The position numbers were made by a program, and so were the translations under genes. Positions 1-7,599 of a stretch of 14,042 nt of DNA are shown one piece after another. The first letter of the stretch is position 1. Each line of letters begins with the position of its first letter. The notes beneath the pieces were generated by a model. The model was given only the letters and a program-made list of their open reading frames with translations. It made no database searches and had not been told where the DNA came from. The stretch lies in assembly GCA_964452145.1 (NCBI GenBank), contig CAYVLA010000081.1, forward strand, positions 1-14,042. Direction: 5' to 3'. This stretch comes from Candidatus Hadarchaeota archaeon (lineage in GTDB: Archaea > CAYQAE01 > CAYVLA01).

Positions 1-93
1 CACATCGTGCCACTCGCGTCTAGGTCGATCCGACGACGGGATAGTGGCCGGCTTGCGGACCGGGTCGGGGCATGAGGGAGGTCCCCGGAGCAC

Positions 94-123
94 ATGATCC
101 ATAGTCCCAAAGGATCATTTATG
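94..123 (+). promoter_or_regulatory. Inverted repeat ATGATCC-N11-GGATCAT abutting a TATA-like TTTATG; candidate operator/promoter of the URO-D-like gene
   Basis: ATGATCC at 94-100, GGATCAT at 112-118, TTTATG at 118-123, about 40 nt before the GTG at 165. Confidence 0.4.
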
Positions 124-164
124 AAGAGGTGACCTGTCCAGCGGGATCCGAGGTTGACGGGTTC

Positions 165-1307
165 GTGAACCCAAGGGAGAGATTCCTGCAGGTTGCGCTC
201 TTCGGCAAGCCCGACCGCATACCCCTCAGCATCGGAGGCGTAAGGCCCCTGACTAGGCAAGCATGGATCAAGCAGGGATTACCCCCTGACAGGGATGTTG
301 TCGACTACCTTGGCTTCGGAGAGTGTACCATCGGTTCGCGGGGCATCGCCTCCTATCCATCCGAGGGGTTCGAGTGGAAGCCCGGTGCCTCCACGATCAA
401 TCTAGGCCCCCTTCCGCCCTTCAAACCCAGAATGGTCAGACAGGATGAAAGGCATCGGGTGTGGGTGGACGGCTTGGGCATAACGCAAATGGGGTTCCAG
501 CACGACTGGAAGAACGGATGGAGCGGCTTTGCCACCAGGGTCTTCATGGAGTTCCCCGTGAAGGACATGGGGGATTTCCTCAAGATCAAGAGGCGGTACA
601 ATCCCAAGGATCCGAGCCGGTATCCGAGCAACTGGCGCGAGATGGCGAGGAGGTACCGGGACAGAGACTACCCCCTGTCTGTCGGCATCCGGGGACCCTT
701 CTGGTGGACCAGGGACATGATGGGTCTCAAAGCGATCGCTGTCGGCATGCACAGGAGGCCCGAGCTTGTCAAAGAAGCCATGCATCTGTGTGCCGAGTTC
801 CAGATGAAGACCCTGCACAGGGCTCTGGATGATGTGGAACTGGATTATGTGGTCATGTCGGAGGATATGGGATACCGGGATGGATCCATGATCGGCCCCT
901 CGACAATGAGGGAGTTCATGGGTCCGGCCTACAGCGAGATCGCCCAGACCTTCCGGGACCACGGGGTCAAGCTCATCATGGTGGACAGCGACGGGAATGT
1001 CGAGGCACTGATACCTGTCTGGCTGGAATACGGCATAAACGGTTTGACGCCGTGCGAGGTCGCCGCGAACATGGACGTGGTGAGGCTCGGGAGAAAGTTC
1101 CCCGAACTGGTCATGATGGGCGGGCTGTCGAAGCGATCGCTGGTCAAGGGTAAGGACGCCATCGAGGAGGAGGTCACGTACAAGGTGCCGCCCCTGGCGA
1201 GGAGGCGGGGTTACTTCCCGGGCGTCGACCACGCGGTGCCCCCTGACATAACCATGGATAACTACAAGTACTTCGTAGAGCTTCTCAGGAAGCTTTGCGG
1301 GTGGTAG
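165..1307 (+). CDS. Uroporphyrinogen decarboxylase (URO-D/CIMS-like) family protein, not canonical HemE
   Basis: N-terminus (M)NPRERFL...KPDRIP; internal EDMGYRDGSMIGP, DSDGNV, GGLSK and DHAVPPD motifs typical of URO-D-like TIM barrels; no HemE WxMRQAGR motif. GTG 165 chosen because GAGGTTGA (150-157) precedes it; the ORF track starts at 129. Confidence 0.85.
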   Translation: MNPRERFLQVALFGKPDRIPLSIGGVRPLTRQAWIKQGLPPDRDVVDYLGFGECTIGSRGIASYPSEGFEWKPGASTINLGPLPPFKPRMVRQDERHRVWVDGLGITQMGFQHDWKNGWSGFATRVFMEFPVKDMGDFLKIKRRYNPKDPSRYPSNWREMARRYRDRDYPLSVGIRGPFWWTRDMMGLKAIAVGMHRRPELVKEAMHLCAEFQMKTLHRALDDVELDYVVMSEDMGYRDGSMIGPSTMREFMGPAYSEIAQTFRDHGVKLIMVDSDGNVEALIPVWLEYGINGLTPCEVAANMDVVRLGRKFPELVMMGGLSKRSLVKGKDAIEEEVTYKVPPLARRRGYFPGVDHAVPPDITMDNYKYFVELLRKLCGW

Positions 1308-1353
1308 ACCTCGGCGTCTGGGGGGAGAGACATCATCATCGGGTCATCGGGAT

Positions 1354-1365
1354 AAGCTATTAATG
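1354..1365 (+). promoter_or_regulatory. TATA-like box AAGCTATTAATG
   Basis: AT-rich island about 32 nt upstream of GTG 1397; resembles boxes at 5703-5714 and 7119-7129. Confidence 0.5.
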
Positions 1366-1396
1366 CAGGAACGCGTCCCAAATCCCGGATGAGGAT

Positions 1397-1759
1397 GTGA
1401 GGAAGGGACTGGCCCCTGCATTGACCTGCCTTGCTCTGACGGCGGGATTCTTCCTGGTGCTGAACACTCTTCTCGGATATGCATCCTTCTCACTGTCCTT
1501 CGTGATTGTGGTGCTGACCCTTGGGTTTGCCTTCGTCGCGGTGCAGGGATACAGAAGGACGGTCAGCTATCGGACGAGGCTCGCATCATCGGCGATTTCC
1601 ATGGCCATGGCGGGATACTTCATCGCCGCCGGGGTGGACTCCTTTCTGACGCGGCCAATCCAAGTCTCGCTGTTCTCTGTAGTGTATCTGTTGCTGGCTT
1701 TGAGCTTTGTCAGGAGCGATATGGGTATGTGGCGCTGGTTTTGCGAGACTCGGCTCTGA
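1397..1759 (+). CDS. Small integral membrane protein (about 4 TM helices), unknown function
   Basis: 120 aa with four hydrophobic segments; preceded by GATGAGG and a TATA-like box; fills the gap between flanking genes. Confidence 0.7.
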   Translation: MRKGLAPALTCLALTAGFFLVLNTLLGYASFSLSFVIVVLTLGFAFVAVQGYRRTVSYRTRLASSAISMAMAGYFIAAGVDSFLTRPIQVSLFSVVYLLLALSFVRSDMGMWRWFCETRL

Positions 1760-1820
1760 CGAGCGGGGTCGGGGAAGATCGTGGAACGGGCTAGTGCTGT
1801 GCGCCAAGCGATGTCGGCGG

Positions 1821-3062
1821 TCAGATCCCTCTCGTCACTCTGACGGGTTTGTATAGCCTTCTCCTGATCATCAGCGTCCAGACGACGGTGCCCGATATGG
1901 ACAGGGTCGAACAGGTGACTAGCCACTCAACCAGGTACACCCATAGCAGGGAGCTGTTCTTGATTCTGATGGCGGTCTGCTCCGCCTCCTGGAACCTGGC
2001 CAATCCAAGGTGGATCGTCTCCTGGCATGCTTGAAACTCCTGATCAAGGTACTGTTCTATGGCCCTTCTCTCCATCTCTTGCAGGGCTCGGATCTCGTTC
2101 TCCACCGGTTGGGTGTTGGCTCCGAACTTGTCGATGAAGTCCTTCAGGGACACTAGGCCCAGCATCCTGGACGATAACTCCGCAAGACCTATCTTGAGCC
2201 TGTGGAAAATGGCTACGTCTTCGATCAGCTTCCTTCTCGTGATATGGAATATCATGTTCGTGAGTATGTCGGGTGAGTACTGGTTGCTGGTGGGCGAACC
2301 CGGGCATCCGAACCAGCCGTTGCCCATGAAGTCGCCGCTCGTCATGGTTCTCCCCTTCTCGTAGTCCCACGAAACCAGATACGCAACCCTTCCGATCACG
2401 GGGAAGTTGCCAACCTGCCAGGCCAGAGTAGTGGCTCCCTCCCGGGCGATGACGAGCCTTGAGGCAGCCGTGCATACAACCTTCTCCACTCCGAAGGGGA
2501 TGAACGGGGTCAGTATGGGATCGGGCGCTTCGGGGTCGATGATGACGCGAAAGACGAGTCCACCTGCCTCGCCTCCTCCTTTGGCCGAAACGGCGGGGGC
2601 ATCGTTAGGAAAGGCCTGCTGCGTGAGTGAGTTGGCCCATGCGGAATGAATCACCGACTGGATGCTGAAGACGCTTCCGTCGTTGATGCCCCCTGTTCCG
2701 TTCCTTATCGCGTCGTACATCCATTGATCCTGCTTGGTGGTGAAGAGGTTGTACTCGGGCTGGGTTAGCATGATCACCTCGTAGCGTTTCATCTCATCGA
2801 AGGTGCGCGGAAAGTACAGCCTTATGAACTTCATCGCCGCGTCATAGGTCACCACTCCCCCGAGGCGGCAGGGCACGAAGACGCAGTGGAGCGATGGCTC
2901 GCCCGCGAAGATGGCGCGCAGGGAGTTGATCAGGTCCATGTTTCCCGCGATGAGTATCCTGATCTTGCCGCTACCGGATGCCGTCGGGAATAGGACAAGC
3001 AGGATCGTTGTGATGGCCACCGCTCTCTGCACGGATCCTCGGAGGCGATCGATCGGCTCCAT
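1821..3062 (-). CDS. Single-pass surface protein, paralog A: signal peptide, diverged GATase1-like ectodomain, helical stalk, conserved C-terminal TM
   Basis: Motifs RLYFPRT, KFGANT, LWVYLVEWLV and WTLMIRRRLYKPVRVTR shared with 5925-7097 and 11232-12425; hydrophobic N-terminus AVAITTILLVLFPTASG. Start ATG 3062 preferred (alternatives GTG 3032, TTG 3095). Confidence 0.85.
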   Translation of the reverse strand: MEPIDRLRGSVQRAVAITTILLVLFPTASGSGKIRILIAGNMDLINSLRAIFAGEPSLHCVFVPCRLGGVVTYDAAMKFIRLYFPRTFDEMKRYEVIMLTQPEYNLFTTKQDQWMYDAIRNGTGGINDGSVFSIQSVIHSAWANSLTQQAFPNDAPAVSAKGGGEAGGLVFRVIIDPEAPDPILTPFIPFGVEKVVCTAASRLVIAREGATTLAWQVGNFPVIGRVAYLVSWDYEKGRTMTSGDFMGNGWFGCPGSPTSNQYSPDILTNMIFHITRRKLIEDVAIFHRLKIGLAELSSRMLGLVSLKDFIDKFGANTQPVENEIRALQEMERRAIEQYLDQEFQACQETIHLGLARFQEAEQTAIRIKNSSLLWVYLVEWLVTCSTLSISGTVVWTLMIRRRLYKPVRVTRGI

Positions 3063-3082
3063 CCTTGAGGCCGGAGCTATGG

Positions 3083-3099
3083 TTGTTGAAAACAATTAT
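3083..3099 (-). promoter_or_regulatory. AT-rich promoter-like element containing the inverted repeat TTGTT-N3-AACAA
   Basis: Minus strand reads ATAATTGTTTTCAACAA; TTTTCAA is centred about 27 nt upstream of ATG 3062. Confidence 0.35.
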
Positions 3100-3196
3100 G
3101 GCCGTAGAGTGGAGCTGGGTGCATGCAATGGGCCCCGAGGGCCTGGGTTCTGTGCCCGATTTCAGGCCAATCGCCCAACGCGGTTCCCGCCAGAGA

Positions 3197-3637
3197 TCAG
3201 TTGCGGTTCTTCTCGACGTATAGGCCCTTCTGCTGCCTGTAGGCCTCAAAGAAGAATGCCGCCGCGCTGAAGACTCCGAAGGCCAGCGTCGCGAGGTCCC
3301 TGAAGTCCCATCTGAAGGGCCAGAAGATGATGTAGGAGGCCAGAATGCCCAGAATGAGGGCACCGTAGATCACGAACCTGGGCACCAGACGGCCCCTGAG
3401 CACAAGAAAGCTCCTCAGTGCCTCCACCTGTTGGTCCGGCTTCGCCACATAACCGCCGGAGGCCGACTCTATCAGCTTCAGGTCCGCGAGCTTGTTGATA
3501 TGGTACTGCGCCAGGCTGGGGCTTGAGAGGCCGAGCTGCCTCCAGATCTCCCTCACGCCCACGGGTTCCTTGGAGGTCAGGATGGCGAGGTAGACATCCC
3601 ATGTCGTTCCGTGAATCCTTCTGTCTCCCTCCGGCAT
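3197..3637 (-). CDS. Membrane-tethered winged-helix (ArsR-like) transcription regulator with two C-terminal TM helices
   Basis: GTTWDVYLAIL...PVGVREIWRQLGLSSPSLAQYHINKLADLKLIE...GGY is a wHTH signature, followed by two hydrophobic helices; GGAGG lies 6 nt upstream of ATG 3637 (the ORF-track start at 3721 overlaps the upstream gene). Confidence 0.85.
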   Translation of the reverse strand: MPEGDRRIHGTTWDVYLAILTSKEPVGVREIWRQLGLSSPSLAQYHINKLADLKLIESASGGYVAKPDQQVEALRSFLVLRGRLVPRFVIYGALILGILASYIIFWPFRWDFRDLATLAFGVFSAAAFFFEAYRQQKGLYVEKNRN

Positions 3638-3680
3638 CCACAGCCTCCAACCAGTTCGGCCAGCTCTCAACGTCCAGACT

Positions 3681-3692
3681 GAATAAGGTTTA
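3681..3692 (-). promoter_or_regulatory. TATA-like box TAAACCTTATTC overlapping the stop codon of the beta-propeller gene
   Basis: Resembles CAAACCTTTATC at 12521-12532; about 45 nt upstream of ATG 3637. Confidence 0.35.
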
Positions 3693-5654
3693 GGACAACT
3701 CCACGTTGTTGAGCGGCTCAAGGTCGGGCAGGCGGTTCATCCCGATCATGCCGGCCGAGATCGTGTACAGGACATCTCCTATGTAGAGGGCCCTCTCGAT
3801 GGTGAATTCCGACTCGAAGTAGTACCCGCTCTTCAGCAGGTCATCCCGGCCCTCAAGATGCGTTATCCTGCCGTCAAGGACGATGCCAGCCGGGGAGATG
3901 TTGAAGACGTAGGCTCCCTGGTAGACGTACTCCCCATAGACACCGGCCGGAACCTCTCCCGCGTAGTCACTTGGATCTATCTCGGCCACCAGGACCGGGA
4001 TGACCAGCAGGTTTCTTTCCAGACTGAACAAGAAGGCTTTGTGGTCGCGCAGCACCGGGGAATCGGTTCCGCGATCGCCGATCTCGTACTTGGCAACCTC
4101 CTTGGGATCTGTAACGTCGCTGACGTCAAACAGCGATATCTTGACGCCCTGGTACCAGGCGAAATCCCCCTCCTTGGCTTCCTCCGCTTCCTTGCCCACG
4201 CCTATCAAGTGCGCGTCATCGTAGGGATGGAGATAGTCGGAGTAGCCCGGGATCTTCAGCTTTCCCAGGACGGCGGGCCTCTCGGGATCTGAAAGATCCA
4301 CCACGAAGAGGGGGTCGACGTTCAGGAAGGTCACCAGATACGTTCTGGCCCCCATGAACCTCGCCGAGTGCATGGTCTCCCCGGGTGCCAGGCCCTCCAG
4401 CTTCCCGACGACCTCCATGCCGGAGTCGAGAACGTAGACGTTGGTGCCCGACGGCCCTTCTGTGGTCGTCTGCCCCTGGGTGGCTATCCTGAAGTGACCC
4501 TGGTGTTCGTCCATGGAGAACTGGTTGAGCACCCAGCCGGGAACGTGCCCATCGGCCACGTACGATACTTCACCCTCATGGATGCTGATCTTGTGAATGC
4601 TGGTCCCGTAGATCGTCCCGGTTTCCTTTCCCTCGTAGTACGGAGAGGTTATGTACATGTGGGTCTGGGAGACGTACATACTGCATGCGCCGCCGAGGAG
4701 GAAGCTCTGGTGGGACAAAGGCCGGGCCTTGTCTTGAATGTTGAGAGCGATGACGACTGCGAAGACGTAGCTGTAGTCGGTCTTGTTCGCGTAGTAGATC
4801 GTGTCGGCCTGCACCTCGATGATGACTCCTTCGGCCTGGATGCGGGGAAGGCCAACTACTCCATCCTCCAGAACGGCGGGCTTCTGCACAACGACGTAGA
4901 CCCATTCCTCTATCATTCTGGAGTTGAAGTACGCGCCGTCTATCGAGATATTCCTCTCAAGCTCGGGGGAGGATCTGTCCGATATGTCATAGACCTGTAT
5001 GATGGTGGCCCCTGCGTATCTCCACCCGGTCATCCCGAGTGCAGGCCGACGCACGGCAACGGCGGGCTCGGCCCCACCGGACTTGGAAAGGGCTTCGTAG
5101 GTCTCGGGCGCGCCCAGGAAGACGACCAGCTTATCTCCGCCGACAAAGAGATCGCCAACGGTCGCATTGAGTTCCAGCCTACACACTACCCTGGCGTCCT
5201 GCGGAGGATGGGCCTTGACTATGAATACGGCGTTGCCCGAGATGAGGTAGATGTGTTCTCCGTCCGTCTTGACGATGTCGGCCTCGTCCACGCCTGCAAC
5301 CTGGATGTTCGTTGTCGAATAGTCGGGGGCACCCATGCTGGCCGTGATGGCTCTCCTTGTGGATTCGGTTGCATCCAGCATTGGTCCCCAAGCCCACTTT
5401 CGCGTTCCTCCTGTCAGCCTCTCGGCTATGCTGTAGGCCCTGGAGTCCCGGCCGGAGTATGATTGGGCCGTGGCCAGGAAGTTCTTCAGCTCCTTGTAGG
5501 ATGAGAACTTCGCCAGGGAACCAGGCGATCCGTACAGAAACGGCGTCTCCGGGATGTATATGCCGCCCAGTCTCCACATCCCGAATCCCAGTATGCAGCC
5601 TATCATGAGTCCAATCGCGATGTTGGTAGAGATCCTTCTTCTTGTGACTTGCAT
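3690..5654 (-). CDS. Membrane-anchored/secreted beta-propeller domain protein (COG4880 / Beta_propel type)
   Basis: N-terminal TM helix; motifs DYSTTNIQVAGVDEADIVKTDGEHIY, GWVLNQFSMDEH, VDPLFVVDLSDP, GKLKIPGYSDYLHP and GVKISLFDVSD; GGAGGT SD upstream of ATG 5654. Confidence 0.92.
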   Translation of the reverse strand: MQVTRRRISTNIAIGLMIGCILGFGMWRLGGIYIPETPFLYGSPGSLAKFSSYKELKNFLATAQSYSGRDSRAYSIAERLTGGTRKWAWGPMLDATESTRRAITASMGAPDYSTTNIQVAGVDEADIVKTDGEHIYLISGNAVFIVKAHPPQDARVVCRLELNATVGDLFVGGDKLVVFLGAPETYEALSKSGGAEPAVAVRRPALGMTGWRYAGATIIQVYDISDRSSPELERNISIDGAYFNSRMIEEWVYVVVQKPAVLEDGVVGLPRIQAEGVIIEVQADTIYYANKTDYSYVFAVVIALNIQDKARPLSHQSFLLGGACSMYVSQTHMYITSPYYEGKETGTIYGTSIHKISIHEGEVSYVADGHVPGWVLNQFSMDEHQGHFRIATQGQTTTEGPSGTNVYVLDSGMEVVGKLEGLAPGETMHSARFMGARTYLVTFLNVDPLFVVDLSDPERPAVLGKLKIPGYSDYLHPYDDAHLIGVGKEAEEAKEGDFAWYQGVKISLFDVSDVTDPKEVAKYEIGDRGTDSPVLRDHKAFLFSLERNLLVIPVLVAEIDPSDYAGEVPAGVYGEYVYQGAYVFNISPAGIVLDGRITHLEGRDDLLKSGYYFESEFTIERALYIGDVLYTISAGMIGMNRLPDLEPLNNVELS

Positions 5655-5702
5655 TTGCGCAACCTCCGATCTGTTGCCTACATCTCGCCTCAGCAGGCAG
5701 GT

Positions 5703-5714
5703 CCATTATAGCTT
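5703..5714 (-). promoter_or_regulatory. TATA-like box AAGCTATAATGG
   Basis: About 50 nt upstream of ATG 5654; same AGCTATW core as at 1354 and 7119. Confidence 0.5.
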
Positions 5715-5924
5715 GGCAATCTGGGGTGATAATCCTACGCATTTGTACGGGCGTTCAACAAAGCAGAACGACATCTCGGCCGTGTGCGTGCCACGACGCC
5801 CAACGCCCAAGCCAGGCCTGGTGGTCCATCTTTCCTCGACCCGCGGTGAATGAGCGCACGGGTGCAAATGCCTCAGCGAGTTGTCACCCGATGCATGCTT
5901 CTAGAGGGAGATTGCTCGTTGCTG

Positions 5925-7097
5925 TCATCTAGATCTGGTTGTTCCCATCTCGCGGTACAGCCTCTTCTTCACCATCAAGGCCCACAGCGTCGAACCGGCA
6001 ATCATCAGCGTCGCGGTCACAACGAACCACTCCACCATCCAGATCCAGAGCATGGTCCTGGACCTCACCTTCATTGCCTCCGCCTCGATGGCTGCAAGTT
6101 CCTCTTGGGCCGTCTTGAGTCCCTCGAGGCAACCGGGGTAGTCCTGCAGTACGTACAGCCGGCCCGCATCCATGCGCAGGTCGTCCGCTTCACCGATCAA
6201 CCTCTCCAGGCTGCCCGTGTTTGCCCCAACTCTCTCCACGAAGGCTATGAGGGAGGATATGGTGTCACGTTGTGCCCCGTAAGTGGTTATGGCAAGGCGA
6301 ATGCGGTGCATCATATCCAGATCCTGAGGGACCTCCCTGCCCATGACGTAGTAGACCGAATAGACCGTGAAGTCGGGGTAGTAGGCCCATCTCATAAACT
6401 CCGCGCCCCAGCCCGGCGTCCAGTCTGTGCAGAAGGCAAAGGTCCGCCCCGTCCCGATATCCCACACTGCCATGAAGGGGTTTGCGACATCGCTTGTCTC
6501 GGCCAGCAGCTTCGCGCCTTCCTTGAGAGTCACCTTGTTGTAGCCCAGGAAGAAGGGTGAGGTGGCCCAGGGAAGGGCGGCCATGAGCGGATCATCTCTG
6601 GATACGACAACCGGCTTCCACGAGGCCCCCACGGTGGTGCGCTCCACGAGGGCAACTGGAAGGAGAGGCCCCACGCTGGTGGTATCCCAGGATGGAGAAT
6701 CCGAGTACCCACCGAAGGATAGTATTCCACCGATCATCATGAGGGTCATCCCCTCCTCTGTGATCGATCTCGAGAACCAGTCAAGGTACTTCACGGGCAG
6801 CGAGTCTGCCCGGACATCGCTCAGGAGCACCATCCTGCCGCCGAGTAACTCGGCGTAGGTCCTGGGCATGTAGATCCTGAGGGCCCTGGCTACTTCCTGG
6901 GTCGTGAAATATCCCTGGTGGGCTGTTGCAGGAACCGCGATGACGTCAAGGGCGGGATCGTCCTGTAGATATCCGATCGGGCTCGATGCTGGGAGACAGT
7001 CGCCCAGATAGTAGAATCTGGGTATCTCCACCGCCTCGCAGAGCGGCAAGAGGAAGACCATCAGCACCGCAACCTGCAGATCGGGACGGCGACACAT
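5925..7097 (-). CDS. Single-pass surface protein, paralog B, with a recognisable GATase1-like (DUF1355/PF07090-type) domain
   Basis: LMMIGGILSFGG, LLPV, LGYNKV, WDIGTGRTFAFCTDWTPGW and F-x-x-W-x-x-Y match my recollection of the DUF1355-type family; signal peptide VAVLMVFLLPLCEA; family motifs RIYMPRT, VGANT, LWIWMVEWFV and WALMVKKRLYREMGTTR. Confidence 0.88.
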   Translation of the reverse strand: MCRRPDLQVAVLMVFLLPLCEAVEIPRFYYLGDCLPASSPIGYLQDDPALDVIAVPATAHQGYFTTQEVARALRIYMPRTYAELLGGRMVLLSDVRADSLPVKYLDWFSRSITEEGMTLMMIGGILSFGGYSDSPSWDTTSVGPLLPVALVERTTVGASWKPVVVSRDDPLMAALPWATSPFFLGYNKVTLKEGAKLLAETSDVANPFMAVWDIGTGRTFAFCTDWTPGWGAEFMRWAYYPDFTVYSVYYVMGREVPQDLDMMHRIRLAITTYGAQRDTISSLIAFVERVGANTGSLERLIGEADDLRMDAGRLYVLQDYPGCLEGLKTAQEELAAIEAEAMKVRSRTMLWIWMVEWFVVTATLMIAGSTLWALMVKKRLYREMGTTRSR

Positions 7098-7118
7098 GCA
7101 TCCGATGTGGGCGATGAT

Positions 7119-7129
7119 CCATATAGCTC
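7119..7129 (-). promoter_or_regulatory. TATA-like box GAGCTATATGG; probably a leaderless transcript
   Basis: TATAT is centred 26 nt upstream of ATG 7097, with no SD motif between them. Confidence 0.5.
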
Positions 7130-7235
7130 TTGCTGGTGAGATGCTGCTTTCTGCGCGTCGCGAATCTGACCACCGACGCCAGGCCCCCCCATAACACTCA
7201 GCAGCTCCGCGACTGCGAGATAGGGGTGATGCAAG

Positions 7236-7497
7236 TTGGCAACTCCTGCCGGGAAGACTGCCGAGTCTTCCTCAGCGTGGATCCTGACCCTGCTCGCCGC
7301 TGTTCGGATAACGACGGTATCCATCATTCAGGGATCCCTTCTGCTCGGCGCGTTGGCGCCCGTGGGGATCGTCCTGCTGTAATGCTGCATCCTGGATCGG
7401 ACAAGGCGAAGGAAGAGCGCCACGCCTCAACATGGTCGACCAGCATCCGCTCGAGTTGGAGAAGCGTGTAAGGCGTCTTGAGGAACGTCAAGGTTGA
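7236..7497 (+). pseudogene. Possible small membrane protein (TTG 7236 to TAA 7382, 48 aa) or a degraded gene continuing into a coiled-coil-like fragment (7432-7497)
   Basis: GGGGTGA SD at 7223-7229; hand translation MATPAGKTAESSSAWILTLLAAVRITTVSIIQGSLLLGALAPVGIVLL*; a downstream frame gives MVDQHPLELEKRVRRLEERQG*. Confidence 0.3.
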
Positions 7498-7599
7498 CCT
7501 TTCCCCGACTGATCAGGGTTGGCGATCCTGCAGCGAGCCCGGACCGTCCGGGACCGAGTCGCACAGAGGACCCGACCCCCTCCGCTGCCTCTTAACGCC

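Noticed and set aside
402..1232. 276 aa minus-strand ORF
   Set aside because: Antisense shadow of the URO-D-like gene with His/Pro/Arg-rich non-protein-like composition, common in GC-rich DNA.
4368..5462. 364 aa plus-strand ORF
   Set aside because: Lies entirely antisense to the well-supported beta-propeller gene and has no recognisable motifs.
5860..5891. Weak hairpin CGGGTG...CACCCG downstream of paralog B
   Set aside because: Short GC stem, long loop and no U-tract; not supportable as a terminator.
5850..6560. 236 aa plus-strand ORF
   Set aside because: Antisense shadow of paralog B.
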